From Vairimorpha necatrix (Eukaryota), in assembly GCA_036630325.1 (NCBI GenBank), contig CP142732.1:1116001-1180000 (forward strand): DNA of 64,000 nt, read 5' to 3'. Of the stretch, positions 12,001-19,369 are shown piece after piece. Position 1 is the stretch's first letter. Each line of letters begins with the position of its first letter. Both the position numbers and the translations under genes were made by a program. Under the pieces are notes generated by a model, which was given only the letters and a program-made list of their open reading frames with translations, ran no database searches and was not told the origin of the DNA.

Positions 12001-12322
12001 AATTTAAAAAGAATTGTAGATTATAATTTTGATCAATATTTTTAAATAAAATGTTTAGTCCTTTTTTTAAAGCAGTAATTAGAATTCCTTCTACGTAGTT
12101 TATTTCTCCATTTTCTATTGCATAAAATCCTGATAGATTTCTAATATCAGAAATTTCTCTGGAGTCGATTATTATTAGATTTTTAATAATTGATTTTAGA
12201 AATCTTGTTTTTCCAATTTCTCCGTAAATGCAAATTGGTATTTTTAGATTTTTGTAAGATTCCATGTCTTTTAGGAGATCTTTGTAATTTTTTATAAAAT
12301 TGTGCGTTAAGTCTTCGTTCAT
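3071..12322 (-). CDS. MDN1: Midasin (Rea1/Mdn1) AAA+ ribosome-maturation ATPase
   Basis: Tandem AAA modules (GETGVGKT, GDTSTGKT, GETGIGKT, GEPGVGKT with LDE(I/L)NL Walker B), long linker, D/E-rich tail, GKKLNMKKLIPYIAS.YRKDKIW and C-terminal MIDAS DNSKS. Confidence 0.96.
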   Translation of the reverse strand: MNEDLTHNFIKNYKDLLKDMESYKNLKIPICIYGEIGKTRFLKSIIKNLIIIDSREISDIRNLSGFYAIENGEINYVEGILITALKKGLNILFKNIDQNYNLQFFLNSVIKNRKIVNNKNEEIFAEKNFNIFFTSKEKFKNNDIYFLGPVNYTLFKYPKKLENIMENVIHLLNSNVNTKCDHNKNMDCNKFCMSGNFDCYNGSTLCLSKQTNLRIFHYKKIFQLHKLLDEKILNSHEARLEFYDKLVTLFLNHDSEELLSTLNLNYFPDVVIFDFNIVKTYAYKLAIRNILNNIKMKKYSLLIGETGVGKTSLVQYICNNSRKYFDQEINLKVVNMSPDVDGYDLIGGYGSFDIEKRITDLYNKHLISKPKIFDNKILIKDLKEKVNDEEVDFLEKCIQNKTNFIWKDGILVEAMKNGFWILLDEINLCNDETLGMIDSLLSKKEVINYERKNVEKIEIHKNFMLFACMNPGNDHGKKNFISHNFNYVTFYDFTSNIFDIKAVIANYVQNILEEKEIEKLSEIFYEIKQGIRNKELTNKIEPLISGRTLIRCLNAIKNNRNINIMDIFSVFILTQFDLQSRSVIYSKLSSLFSSIENKILPTYEDCGYILTPKTQIMMYDLKISILLNCPILLQGDTSTGKTSIIFYLANKQNRKVIRFNNHEHTEASDYLGNYIATPKGIKFKESVFIEAIRKGWWVILDELNLAQSDVLEVLNRLLDDNKEIYLNQNDELIKAHPDFRLFATQNIEYGGRKGISKAFRNRFIEIFFGEKTDLELLEILHIKTKLPKSFCTNMIKIYTKLKNLRNIDSLMTLRDLFKWANRIPKTMFEVYEIGLSIIYERQRNYLDKEKVLDIFREVFNKLEKFNFDYSENDIFRIDNELIANISKDIILTPSLLKIIKLLKAAIFCKEPILLIGETGIGKTKICEVLAKYLNRNFVFTNMHSGIESSDFTGNFTLDQGKIEWKNGPLIEAVKNGHFFLIDEINLAEDAVLERLNSLLEDKREIFVTEIDENFRAHDDFIIVATMNPGNDFGKRELSPALRNRFTEIYYDLPNEEIHKIFDMMLIKHGIQRPVFYENMIKTKSSLRNYELFCEFYKSMKQKVPGVVKIRNDISDATISKEAYQLAFTSGHKTTKDEYNSEFNLGKNDEKYFDTSDFKETEDFIILNSFCISKSCHVSFDFQNQTTLYNLNQILRALVVQKGLLLEGEPGVGKTSIIYNLSKLVNKKCIRINLSEQTELSDLVGTYLPVKNGIKFVKSQFTQALENGDWIILDEINLCSQSVIEGLNSVLDYRRKLVLSECIINVHSDTKIFATMNPYNNLNGRKILPKSFVDRFVSIYMRQYTKEDIKNILEKLFIEYKYYEKVNLRENIKRNLCPVTTGKINYKVDENKFQLGNVRIQNYNYDVIEQNKKDKSLNLHEIHRSMKLDENNISDLSKRKSKNDISDYVLIHSQLPQLEIILSALLKNIPVIITGGFGKSSLINFISNLFNLQYFDFMCHKEIDTSDLLGQYHKSDEGTFLWRNSLFIENILKGSLIVLHNPELIEKSIFDRCNSLFESDRSINIYEKGIDTEININNKTKFILLVDNLIDLSPAIIDRCYVVELSDKISYIDAWKIFYRNRQIYKNHLNDQESLKKYQESHKYDAYVQNQESLKDNPYVKNQNYVQDQESLKYDSYLKDQESLKYDAYIKYDPYANRLCLKDNPYANDQNYEQDRVCLKDDAYVQNQESLKDNPYLKDRVCLKDESTKKMKLSGNGDSTNINFEDFKYKEFVDTKDFDISYRKFQSFSITPKFLYRNLTNIYNEILHKNIENMFRFKKKEIEFDTSKIKYIEFYKKIKFNINRGENDKEKILNMRNTHNLTDNEKCITFIKNMNLEIIYNKNEHQETKLKNPIITSTTNNNTNLSMFNIIEDNTTSTRNINTRKKNSLKDTCILNVPTNLQELKETILSSLNSKSLKDIPNLKDLCTTLSQFCLSFTTNFDPEYFTMLQSFQEDPLSYYKDYITFLKYKKENEILEDIYENIKSLYKYGRGEIRDLVSNLEEINTNFYNEILIINKKLDRDFYKFKKMFLNLDLCSYLLDIQVVELFEEFSDLLDYYLIYLLEERWKTNKCNGSCKQNDKNIIHEENDKSLIHVKNNIHVNDVSKDNLVHEEEDHVKNIIPGDEDLKNILIHVEDVFKDFVHDLYQEYQKIEVPLKSLTYKNLVATCLVNQDFIKYLKDLQYGEFGSYMCKILYSLTNKKSLDISNLVLEACLYNPIIKDTDKIDRISIPEKYINECLTDIFKIREISYILDTRVNIIHFTDKFIKTFINESEVNKYTNIDASINSNMIIGDYPLFTKQDILLDKINDYMSNNKINKNLLDGLDTSSYLKQEYKKKDQIYKELVKYYKNPDSLSWPINYKYFIFLEIHSFTKDLAERYFLDCQVYEFNDRMKFATEKSLRNNNNLMYNLVLQYKAFDIEKLTLKKINESKTKLKREPKLYSKIRKELVDFLSLPVTNILDLKFDKPGCCCKETKIEEIMYKFVDKNETNCICERFINLSEKINRSQITSILETHEILHGNNDEIKEDQNYIIHTDNIIKKNDIFTRDKILDIFYGRNVVDKFSYPEICLSKVINKITDDSSHLRLINLALNFPFPPFLYFIFNFADEDEVEYEDGTGIKGGTGEKNISDKIEEEDEISNEYCENEDIQEEDGIDLENEGNMSSVEDEEDEKNETGVDGNEESSGQSDESSEQSSEHKESNERSDEQEEQSDEGHGESSENIENGYEEELNEEESNEEELNEEKPNEKDFILEEDVQEIYNNILTDYKYKEGKLNQNQTCNEALDYERRVFGELQEEALCPGEGPQEIEGNQDQGDKNPQDQIINISYKESYSEKLVLMLRNILENNKQNKYKGDYKSGKKLNMKKLIPYIASDYRKDKIWMKRKKNDKKEYCVRLFIDNSKSMYSQEMIDTLLILSSRLKNSFKALNIPVEIYRFGETKCQCEINKMTFTDRETNVDFIEEYEEGINIILTDGIFQKTGFYNKNFLIILIDKNDIMNMSKVSVTEGNVFIQKYIELFSMKYCIIRDLEELESTFILALKELLQ
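7090..7440 (-). repeat. In-frame coding minisatellite inside midasin (QESLK / YDAY / DNPY units)
   Basis: Repeated plus-strand agactttcttgat and atatggattgtctttt; the peptide repeats are visible in the ORF. Confidence 0.9.
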
Positions 12323-12630
12323 TTACCCTCTCCAAATAATTTTTTATTTATAGCTGAAAAAAAAGTGGAAAAAATAAAAAAAGATTTTATTTTATTTTAA
12401 CTGCTTAGTTTTAGGAAAAAAAGTGGTACTACAATTATTGAGTTATTTAATAATGTTTAAGACATATAGTTTGAATTTTAACTATATTGTTATCTTGTAT
12501 CTTTAATTTTATTATTTCTAACTATATAATTTTGAAATTTAGACTATTTTATCAATATTTTCTTGTATTGAGTTAATATTTCATGGTCTTAATAAAAGAT
12601 GACATGCTTCTTTTAGAAATCTCTACAATT

Positions 12631-13068
12631 TCAAATTAAGTTGATTAAATAAATAATTATTTTTGCTATTATTATAGATATTATAAATAAAAACATTGTG
12701 ATGTAAACATTTCCAGATATATCATAAGGGATTTCATCTGTTTCATTTTCATTTTTAGATTGTTCCTTAATGCTAACAATATCTGTCTTCTCTTGTGTGC
12801 TCGTATTATTGGAACTGGTTGCCATGACTTTAGTTTTGGCACTATTTGGAGTGTCAATGATAATCCTCTGGTTGGTAGCTGAAGATGAATCTTTCTGTAG
12901 CTCTTTATCTCTAGTTAAACTCTGAACTCTTTTTTTAATATTTGAAATTACATCTCCATTTTTATATTCATAATCATCTTCACTTGTTTCACTATAATCT
13001 TCACTTGTTTCACTATCACTTACACTTAGTGCACAAAGTAATATAAAACAAAATATCAAAATTTTCAT
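12631..13068 (-). CDS. Orphan protein with signal peptide and C-terminal TM helix
   Basis: First ATG at 13068 (MKILIFCFILLCALSVS); SETSED repeated; hydrophobic C-terminus. Confidence 0.7.
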   Translation of the reverse strand: MKILIFCFILLCALSVSDSETSEDYSETSEDDYEYKNGDVISNIKKRVQSLTRDKELQKDSSSATNQRIIIDTPNSAKTKVMATSSNNTSTQEKTDIVSIKEQSKNENETDEIPYDISGNVYITMFLFIISIIIAKIIIYLINLI

Positions 13069-13194
13069 AATGGAATAGATAACATTTCTTATATAAATCA
13101 AATGAATGATGTAATAAAAAAGGAGGAAAACTCTTTAATCGTCAGTATTATTAGAACACATAATTAATACATTGTCTTATAGAGAGTTTGATTC

Positions 13195-13374
13195 TGTCGT
13201 ACCTCCTGCGGAAGTACAACTCCAATAAAGATAAGTTTTGAGTAAATAGTTTATTTCTCTTATCTTCCATACCCCTAAGTATGGAATTTTCTTTTATAGT
13301 TTTTTTTGTTTGTTTACAGGGTAAACAAATCAAGAAATGTCAAAAATGATATGTTTGACATGTGGGATACCACA
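13195..13374 (-). repeat. 3' LTR
   Basis: Identical by eye to 17111-17290. Confidence 0.97.
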
Positions 13375-13391
13375 TCCTACCCTCTTCTTTT
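13375..13391 (-). other. Polypurine tract (AAAAGAAGAGGGTAGGA on the minus strand)
   Basis: Purine run abutting the 3' LTR and overlapping the pol stop codon. Confidence 0.85.
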
Positions 13392-16300
13392 AATGTCCTT
13401 TATGTGGATCCAGTTGCCTCCTTCTTCTACTTTAACCCAGTTTCCTTTCTTCCCAACCTCTTTGATCGTACAGGGTCTTTTATATTGTTCATCCATTTTC
13501 CCAGCTTTGAAATCTCTTACAAATACTTTATCATTTATTTTTAATTTTTTATCGTTATTCTGGTTCAGTGTGGCTGGAACTGATTTGTATTTTGGTTCCT
13601 TTAGGTTGCTTTGTCGTCTGAATGGGTCAAAAAAGCTGTATTGTTTCTCTAATTCGAATGGAGAACATCCAATAGTTCTTTTGTAATTTACGTTAAGTTT
13701 AATGTTAATTTTATTTGTTATGTCGTTGATGTTATTTAGCTTGTTTATCCTTAGACATTCAGCTATTATACTGTTTTGCCTTTCTGCCATTCCGTTGCTT
13801 TGTGGATGGTATATTGGAGTGTTAACGAGTTTAATTCCTTTACTTTTCTCATATTTTTCTCTGAGTTTTTCTCCGGTAAATTGTGTGCCATTGTCCATGA
13901 TAATTTTTTCTGGCTGTTGAAATTCTTGTATCCATTTATCTATACATTTTATTATTGTATCTTCCGTTATGTTATATAGAAGGTATACCCTTGAAATTCT
14001 TGAGTAAACGTCTGTTATGCAAAGGTAATAAGCCTTATAATGGATTGTATCATGTTCAAAATTTTCAAGTTCAAATGGTCCAAATATGTCCATGGCTATT
14101 GTTCCGTAAATTTTATCAGATTCGATCTGTAATTTCTGAGTTTTGACTTTCTCTTTCTTATTTAAGTTACACATTCTGCAATTTTTTGTTATTGCTATTA
14201 TTTTGTTCTTTAATCCAATTATGTTGTAGAAAGGAGAGAGATTCTTGTTTAATACTACGATTCCTGGGTGGCCGGCTAGTTCATGTATTTTTGTTAGAAA
14301 ATTTTCTGCTTCGGTGTTTTTGATCATTATTTTGTCATCTTTATTTCTTTCCCAGTTTTCCTTTCCGGATTTATCGTCTGATATTTTTTCTACATATTGT
14401 TCTATTATATTCGTAAGGTTATTTCCATGTCTGACATTTTCTATTTTAAAACATCTTGATAGGTAGTCAGCTACTGAGTTATTCTCTCCTGCGATTTGTT
14501 TTATGCAGTAATTGTGCTCTATCATCATCGCGTCCCATCTTTCTATTCTTCTGCTTATTTTGCTTTTAAATAGACAATTCCTGTTATCTGTATAGATTTC
14601 GACGTAATTTCCGAGTACTATGTTTCTGCACTTATCCATCGCGTATACTATTGCAAAGTATTCTTTTTCCACTATTGTATAATTTCTTTCAGTTTTATTA
14701 AATTTCATGCTTATATTTAAAATTATTCCGTGTTCTTGTGATAGTACTGCGCCCATTCCTAGTTCAGAGGCGTCGCAATGTAGTGTAAATTTTTTACTGT
14801 AGTCTGGCAGTACTAGATGGCTATTGTTCTTTAGTGTACTTACTAATTTGTTTATTATTAGATTGTCTTCTTTTGTTAGCTTGACTTTTTTTTCGTTTCC
14901 TTTTAGCTTTTCGGTTAAGCTTAGAATTTCTAGACTTAAGTTTGGAATGTATTTTCTGTACCAATTAAATATGCCAATTATTTTTTGCAGGTCTTTTTTA
15001 GTGTGGCATTTCATGTTTTCTGTTAGTTTACAGTCTTTCGTGAGAGGGTACATTTTTCCGTTAAAAATTCTTGTTCCTAGGATTTCGGTGTCCTTTGTGC
15101 AAAACTCTGATTTTGCGAAATTTACATTTACATTGTAATGTTTCAATCTTGTGAACAGTTCTTTAAGCGTATTGAGGTGTGATTCGTAGTCCTTTGTGGC
15201 AATTATTATGTCGTCTATATATACTGAAATGTTATTTATCCCGAAAAGTATTTTGTTCATGATTTTCTGAAAAGCTTTTGGTCCATTTTTTAATCCAAAA
15301 GGAAGTCTTTTGTACCTGAATGTTTTACCAAATATCGAAAATGCTGTCCATTTTCTGCTATTTTTTGCTAGGAGTAATTGATTAAACCCGTTTGTCAAGT
15401 CTAATTTGCTTATTACTTCGCTTTTACCAAGTTGATAAATAATATCGTCCATTTTGGGTATTATTTCCACTTCATCTTCAACAAAGTTATTTATTTCTCT
15501 ATAGTCTACTATTAATCTCATTTTCCCATTTTTCTTTTTCTTAAAAAATGCGGGACTTGTGTATCTTTCATTACATTCTTCTATTATGTCAGCGGTTATA
15601 AGTCGTTGTATTTCGGCTATTGCATCTTCTTTAAAGTTTGATGGTACGGCATAGTTAATTTTCTTACATTTTATGTCGTTGTTTGAAACTTGTAATTTAA
15701 CGTGATCTGTGTTTATAGGACAATTTTCTTTGATTTCTCTTTTATAATTATCTATAATTTCCCTAAGTCTTTCTTCTTCCTTAGTGATAAGTATTTTTCC
15801 TGGGGGTTTTTTGAGTTCTGTTTCTTCTGCATTTGTTTTCATATTTACGGTTGCGTTGTTCCAGATTATTTTCTTTCTTGTAAAATCTAATATAATATCG
15901 TTTCTCGATATGAAATCTCTACCAAGTATAATATTGACTGGTAGGTTTTTTAATAAGTAAAATTCGATCTTGCATGTCTCGTTTTGATCCTTTAATTTTA
16001 AGTCGAGTTCTATTGTAGTGTTAGTTTTTTCACTAGATTTATTACCGAACATTACCTGGATCTCTTTGTTTTCTCTAATGGTGATGTTCCATTGTTCTAC
16101 GAGGTCTGCTTTTATAAAGTTTAATCCTGCTCCGCAGTCTATAGTTCCTGTTGACTCATGTTTTGTGTTGATTATGAGTGGGATATCGAGTTGTTCGACA
16201 ATGTTAGGATTTTCTAAAATAACATAGTTTAAAGAGTTTTTATTTTCCCTGGGCTCTGAAGTCTTTCTCGTTGTATTTTTTAAATTTTGATTGGTATCGG

Positions 16301-17186
16301 GAACTACTGTCTTTTTGTAGTTGTTGAATTTTTCGTGTTTTACTTTGCTCATATTCGATCGATTTGTTTCATTGCTTTGCCCGCAGTCTCTCGTTGTATG
16401 TCCCAAAGTTTTGTGGACTTTACACCATTTTTTCATGAATCTTATACCTGAGGTGTTATTTAGCTTTCTCGGTATGTTAAATCTTGTTATTATGTTTTCT
16501 TCAATTCTTTTTAGGGCTGGTATGATTTCGGGTAGTGTTTCGAAGTTTTGTTCCTCGAGATATCTTACTGTTTCTAAGCCTAGTCCTCTGTATAGAGATT
16601 CCTTTGATCTTCGTTCATATTCTTTCATGCTACAGTTGGATACTTTACTGTAGATAGTTAATCGATTCATGATTTCGTTTACATAGTCGTCGAAGAAGAT
16701 GTGGTCAGTCTGTTTGAGATTACTCAGTTCTGCTATTAAGTTCTCGACCCTTTTCTGTGAAAATACTTTGGACATGATGTATTTTTTGTTCTCTTCATAA
16801 TCATCTTTCAATTTGGTTTTATCTATAATCTGATCTTCTATAAGATCGTATAAAAAGAGCCTTTTAGTTTCTTCATTCCATTGGTTCCTTTGGAAAATTT
16901 CTTCGATCTTTTTGAACCATCCTAGTAGATCGATTTCGAATATGTCGTTGATCAGTTCTATATTCTTAGTGATTCCTAGATCCACTTCACCTGTCTTAAT
17001 TCTTATGGTGACTACTTTTGTTTCTTGAATTTTGGAGTTGTGCCCTGCGATTTCTCTTCCTCGCGTGGGTGGGAGTTCATTATATTTGTACTCTCTTATT
17101 GAATTCAATATGTCGTACCTCCTGCGGAAGTACAACTCCAATAAAGATAAGTTTTGAGTAAATAGTTTATTTCTCTTATCTTCCAT
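13377..17186 (-). CDS. Single-ORF Gag-Pol polyprotein
   Basis: First ATG at 17186 (ggggtATG); Gag knuckle CKVHKTLGHTTRDC; protease IDCGA; RT LPFGLKN and YIDD; RNase H CDAS; integrase H..GH/CRMC, MD, DNG and NGMAER; no stop or frameshift. Confidence 0.95.
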   Translation of the reverse strand: MEDKRNKLFTQNLSLLELYFRRRYDILNSIREYKYNELPPTRGREIAGHNSKIQETKVVTIRIKTGEVDLGITKNIELINDIFEIDLLGWFKKIEEIFQRNQWNEETKRLFLYDLIEDQIIDKTKLKDDYEENKKYIMSKVFSQKRVENLIAELSNLKQTDHIFFDDYVNEIMNRLTIYSKVSNCSMKEYERRSKESLYRGLGLETVRYLEEQNFETLPEIIPALKRIEENIITRFNIPRKLNNTSGIRFMKKWCKVHKTLGHTTRDCGQSNETNRSNMSKVKHEKFNNYKKTVVPDTNQNLKNTTRKTSEPRENKNSLNYVILENPNIVEQLDIPLIINTKHESTGTIDCGAGLNFIKADLVEQWNITIRENKEIQVMFGNKSSEKTNTTIELDLKLKDQNETCKIEFYLLKNLPVNIILGRDFISRNDIILDFTRKKIIWNNATVNMKTNAEETELKKPPGKILITKEEERLREIIDNYKREIKENCPINTDHVKLQVSNNDIKCKKINYAVPSNFKEDAIAEIQRLITADIIEECNERYTSPAFFKKKKNGKMRLIVDYREINNFVEDEVEIIPKMDDIIYQLGKSEVISKLDLTNGFNQLLLAKNSRKWTAFSIFGKTFRYKRLPFGLKNGPKAFQKIMNKILFGINNISVYIDDIIIATKDYESHLNTLKELFTRLKHYNVNVNFAKSEFCTKDTEILGTRIFNGKMYPLTKDCKLTENMKCHTKKDLQKIIGIFNWYRKYIPNLSLEILSLTEKLKGNEKKVKLTKEDNLIINKLVSTLKNNSHLVLPDYSKKFTLHCDASELGMGAVLSQEHGIILNISMKFNKTERNYTIVEKEYFAIVYAMDKCRNIVLGNYVEIYTDNRNCLFKSKISRRIERWDAMMIEHNYCIKQIAGENNSVADYLSRCFKIENVRHGNNLTNIIEQYVEKISDDKSGKENWERNKDDKIMIKNTEAENFLTKIHELAGHPGIVVLNKNLSPFYNIIGLKNKIIAITKNCRMCNLNKKEKVKTQKLQIESDKIYGTIAMDIFGPFELENFEHDTIHYKAYYLCITDVYSRISRVYLLYNITEDTIIKCIDKWIQEFQQPEKIIMDNGTQFTGEKLREKYEKSKGIKLVNTPIYHPQSNGMAERQNSIIAECLRINKLNNINDITNKINIKLNVNYKRTIGCSPFELEKQYSFFDPFRRQSNLKEPKYKSVPATLNQNNDKKLKINDKVFVRDFKAGKMDEQYKRPCTIKEVGKKGNWVKVEEGGNWIHIKDIKRRG

Positions 17187-17290
17187 ACCCCTAAGTATGG
17201 AATTTTCTTTTATAGTTTTTTTTGTTTGTTTACAGGGTAAACAAATCAAGAAATGTCAAAAATGATATGTTTGACATGTGGGATACCACA
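17111..17290 (-). repeat. 5' LTR containing TATAAAAG (17207-17214) and the Gag ATG
   Basis: Identical to 13195-13374. Confidence 0.97.
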
Positions 17291-19369
17291 GATTCACATT
17301 GAAAACATTAAAATTATAAATAAAAAACCGTATACGAAAGGCGCAAAAAAAAAAAACTAAGGCAAATAATTCAAGTCAAGAGGCTACAATTTTCTAGAAA
17401 CTATAATTTCTAACATGACAAAAAATATTCTAGCAGTCTATTTTGAGTGTTCTCTTTAGTCTTACATGCTATTCGTAATTGTCGTTTGACTTCGATAAGA
17501 ATATTATACCTTTTTTAGCAGTAAAAAAAGGTTAAACATTTACGTAGGAACTAAAGACTCTTCGATTACGATCCTCGTCTGATAAATGCTGTCAGATTTT
17601 TATTTCGTAATTTAATAAATTTGCCGCATGACTTTCTCTCCGGGACCAATATCGCGTCCAAAAAATTTATGAAAAAAAAAAAATTCTGGATAATTGCATA
17701 CACCAAATTAAATATAATACTGACGGGAAGAAGAACAATTATATGTATAACGCAGGCGACTCTACTAATCACCTCCCCCAACTTTTATGGATGTTTTTAC
17801 GGTATTTCACGTAATATTGGTCAACCTGTTACATGTGAACTAAATTTAGTGTATATGAGACAATTTTGCTCTACTTCGTCTAGTCTCTTTTTTCGAAAAA
17901 TTTTTATTAATATGCGCCATCAAAAGACTTTGAAACCCCCAAGTAGTACTATACATATCAAAAAGTAACATTTAATTTACATTATTTCGGCCGTAAGGTG
18001 TGTTTTAAAGCCTTAACTAAATTTTCGTATAGCTTGCTACGCACAAGTTTCATGCGCTAACATTTTATATCATTTGAGAAGGTCCAACCTAACACTATTC
18101 CAGAAAATTTAATGTTGCTAGTTGGAATATGAACACAATATTTTATGTATCAACAAAATGCTTCAAATACTAAAAATAAATTTTTTTTGTTCGGTAATAG
18201 TTAAAAAAATTGTAAGTTGAGAGATAATCTAAATATTTAGACAAGATCAGGAATAGGCCTATTCGAAAATAATGACAATCCATTAAATAAAACATCATTT
18301 GTAGTATAATATAACAGGAAAGTAAGCTTACGATTGAAAGAAGAGAAAAGAGTTAGGTAAAATCGACTAGAAGAGGAAAAAGAATATAAATTAAGAAAAG
18401 ATCTAGATTGAACGGCTTATACAAAATAAAAATTACAAAAATAAATAAATCTCGTGGTATATAAAAATTTTAATGTTGATAATTTAAAAATTTAATTACT
18501 AGTCTAAAAAAGTGGTACTATATCATAAAAAGATATTTAGGAAGACAGGTGGTTCGTAATCAATAGACGAATGTACAAATATTAATATAAATAACAGACA
18601 CGAAAATTCAATGCGCCGTGTAAAAATTATATTAGTTTGGCAATAAAATCAATAATACTATAGATCTCTTAAGAACAGAAAAAATGTAGAAAACCACAGT
18701 GGAAAGAATTACGACATGCTAATAAACACAAGAGATGTATTAGAACTACAAAAAAAAATTTACATAAAAGATAAAAAACTCCGCTTAAATTTGTATGTAA
18801 ATCTAAGAATGGTGCAAAGAATTTAAATTTCTAACTAAAAAAAATATGGTTGGTGTATTATAACGTGAAGAATTTCCTGACTATAACTAATTTTAGTTTA
18901 AATAAATTTTTAAAAAAAAAATAATCATAAAACGAATTTTTTAATTACAAAAAAAGAGTTTGAACAATTGACAATGAAAATTTTAGACAAATTCGCTTTA
19001 AAAATGAGACATTGTTAAAAACAAGCTAAAAAACGCACAGGGGAAATTTTGTTTGGCAATAATGAAAAAGAAGCTAATCTAATCCAATGACAGGAAAGGT
19101 CCCAATAGTCTTGATGAATATATATATAGGCCGTCTTGTAACCAATCTTAGATAAATTTTGTCGATCCATACACATTTGTACAAAAAAGACAATGAAAGA
19201 ATGTGGACGATTGGAAACAACATACACCAATTAGAAAGAATTAAAAATCGAAGGTTTTCAAATCTAGTACGTTTTAGTTATTATACCGGGGGTTTGAACG
19301 TATGCTTGAGAATTTAATATAATCTTTGTTTTTTTAAAAATTAATTTTATTAAAAATTCGATTTCTTTT

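Larger units (their letters stand above)
13195..17290 (-). mobile_element. Full-length Ty3/gypsy LTR retrotransposon (4096 bp)
   Basis: Two identical 180-bp TG...CA LTRs; GATTC duplicated at 13190-13194 and 17291-17295; PR-RT-RH-IN domain order; polypurine tract. Confidence 0.97.

Noticed and set aside
13151..13333. 60-aa ORF identical to the Gag N-terminus
   Set aside because: A by-product of the LTR duplication, not an independent gene.
13306..16653. Plus-strand ORFs within the retrotransposon
   Set aside because: Antisense shadows of Gag-Pol.
17560..19260. Purine-rich, coding-like decayed sequence, possibly a retroelement remnant
   Set aside because: No diagnostic motif could be read in any frame.
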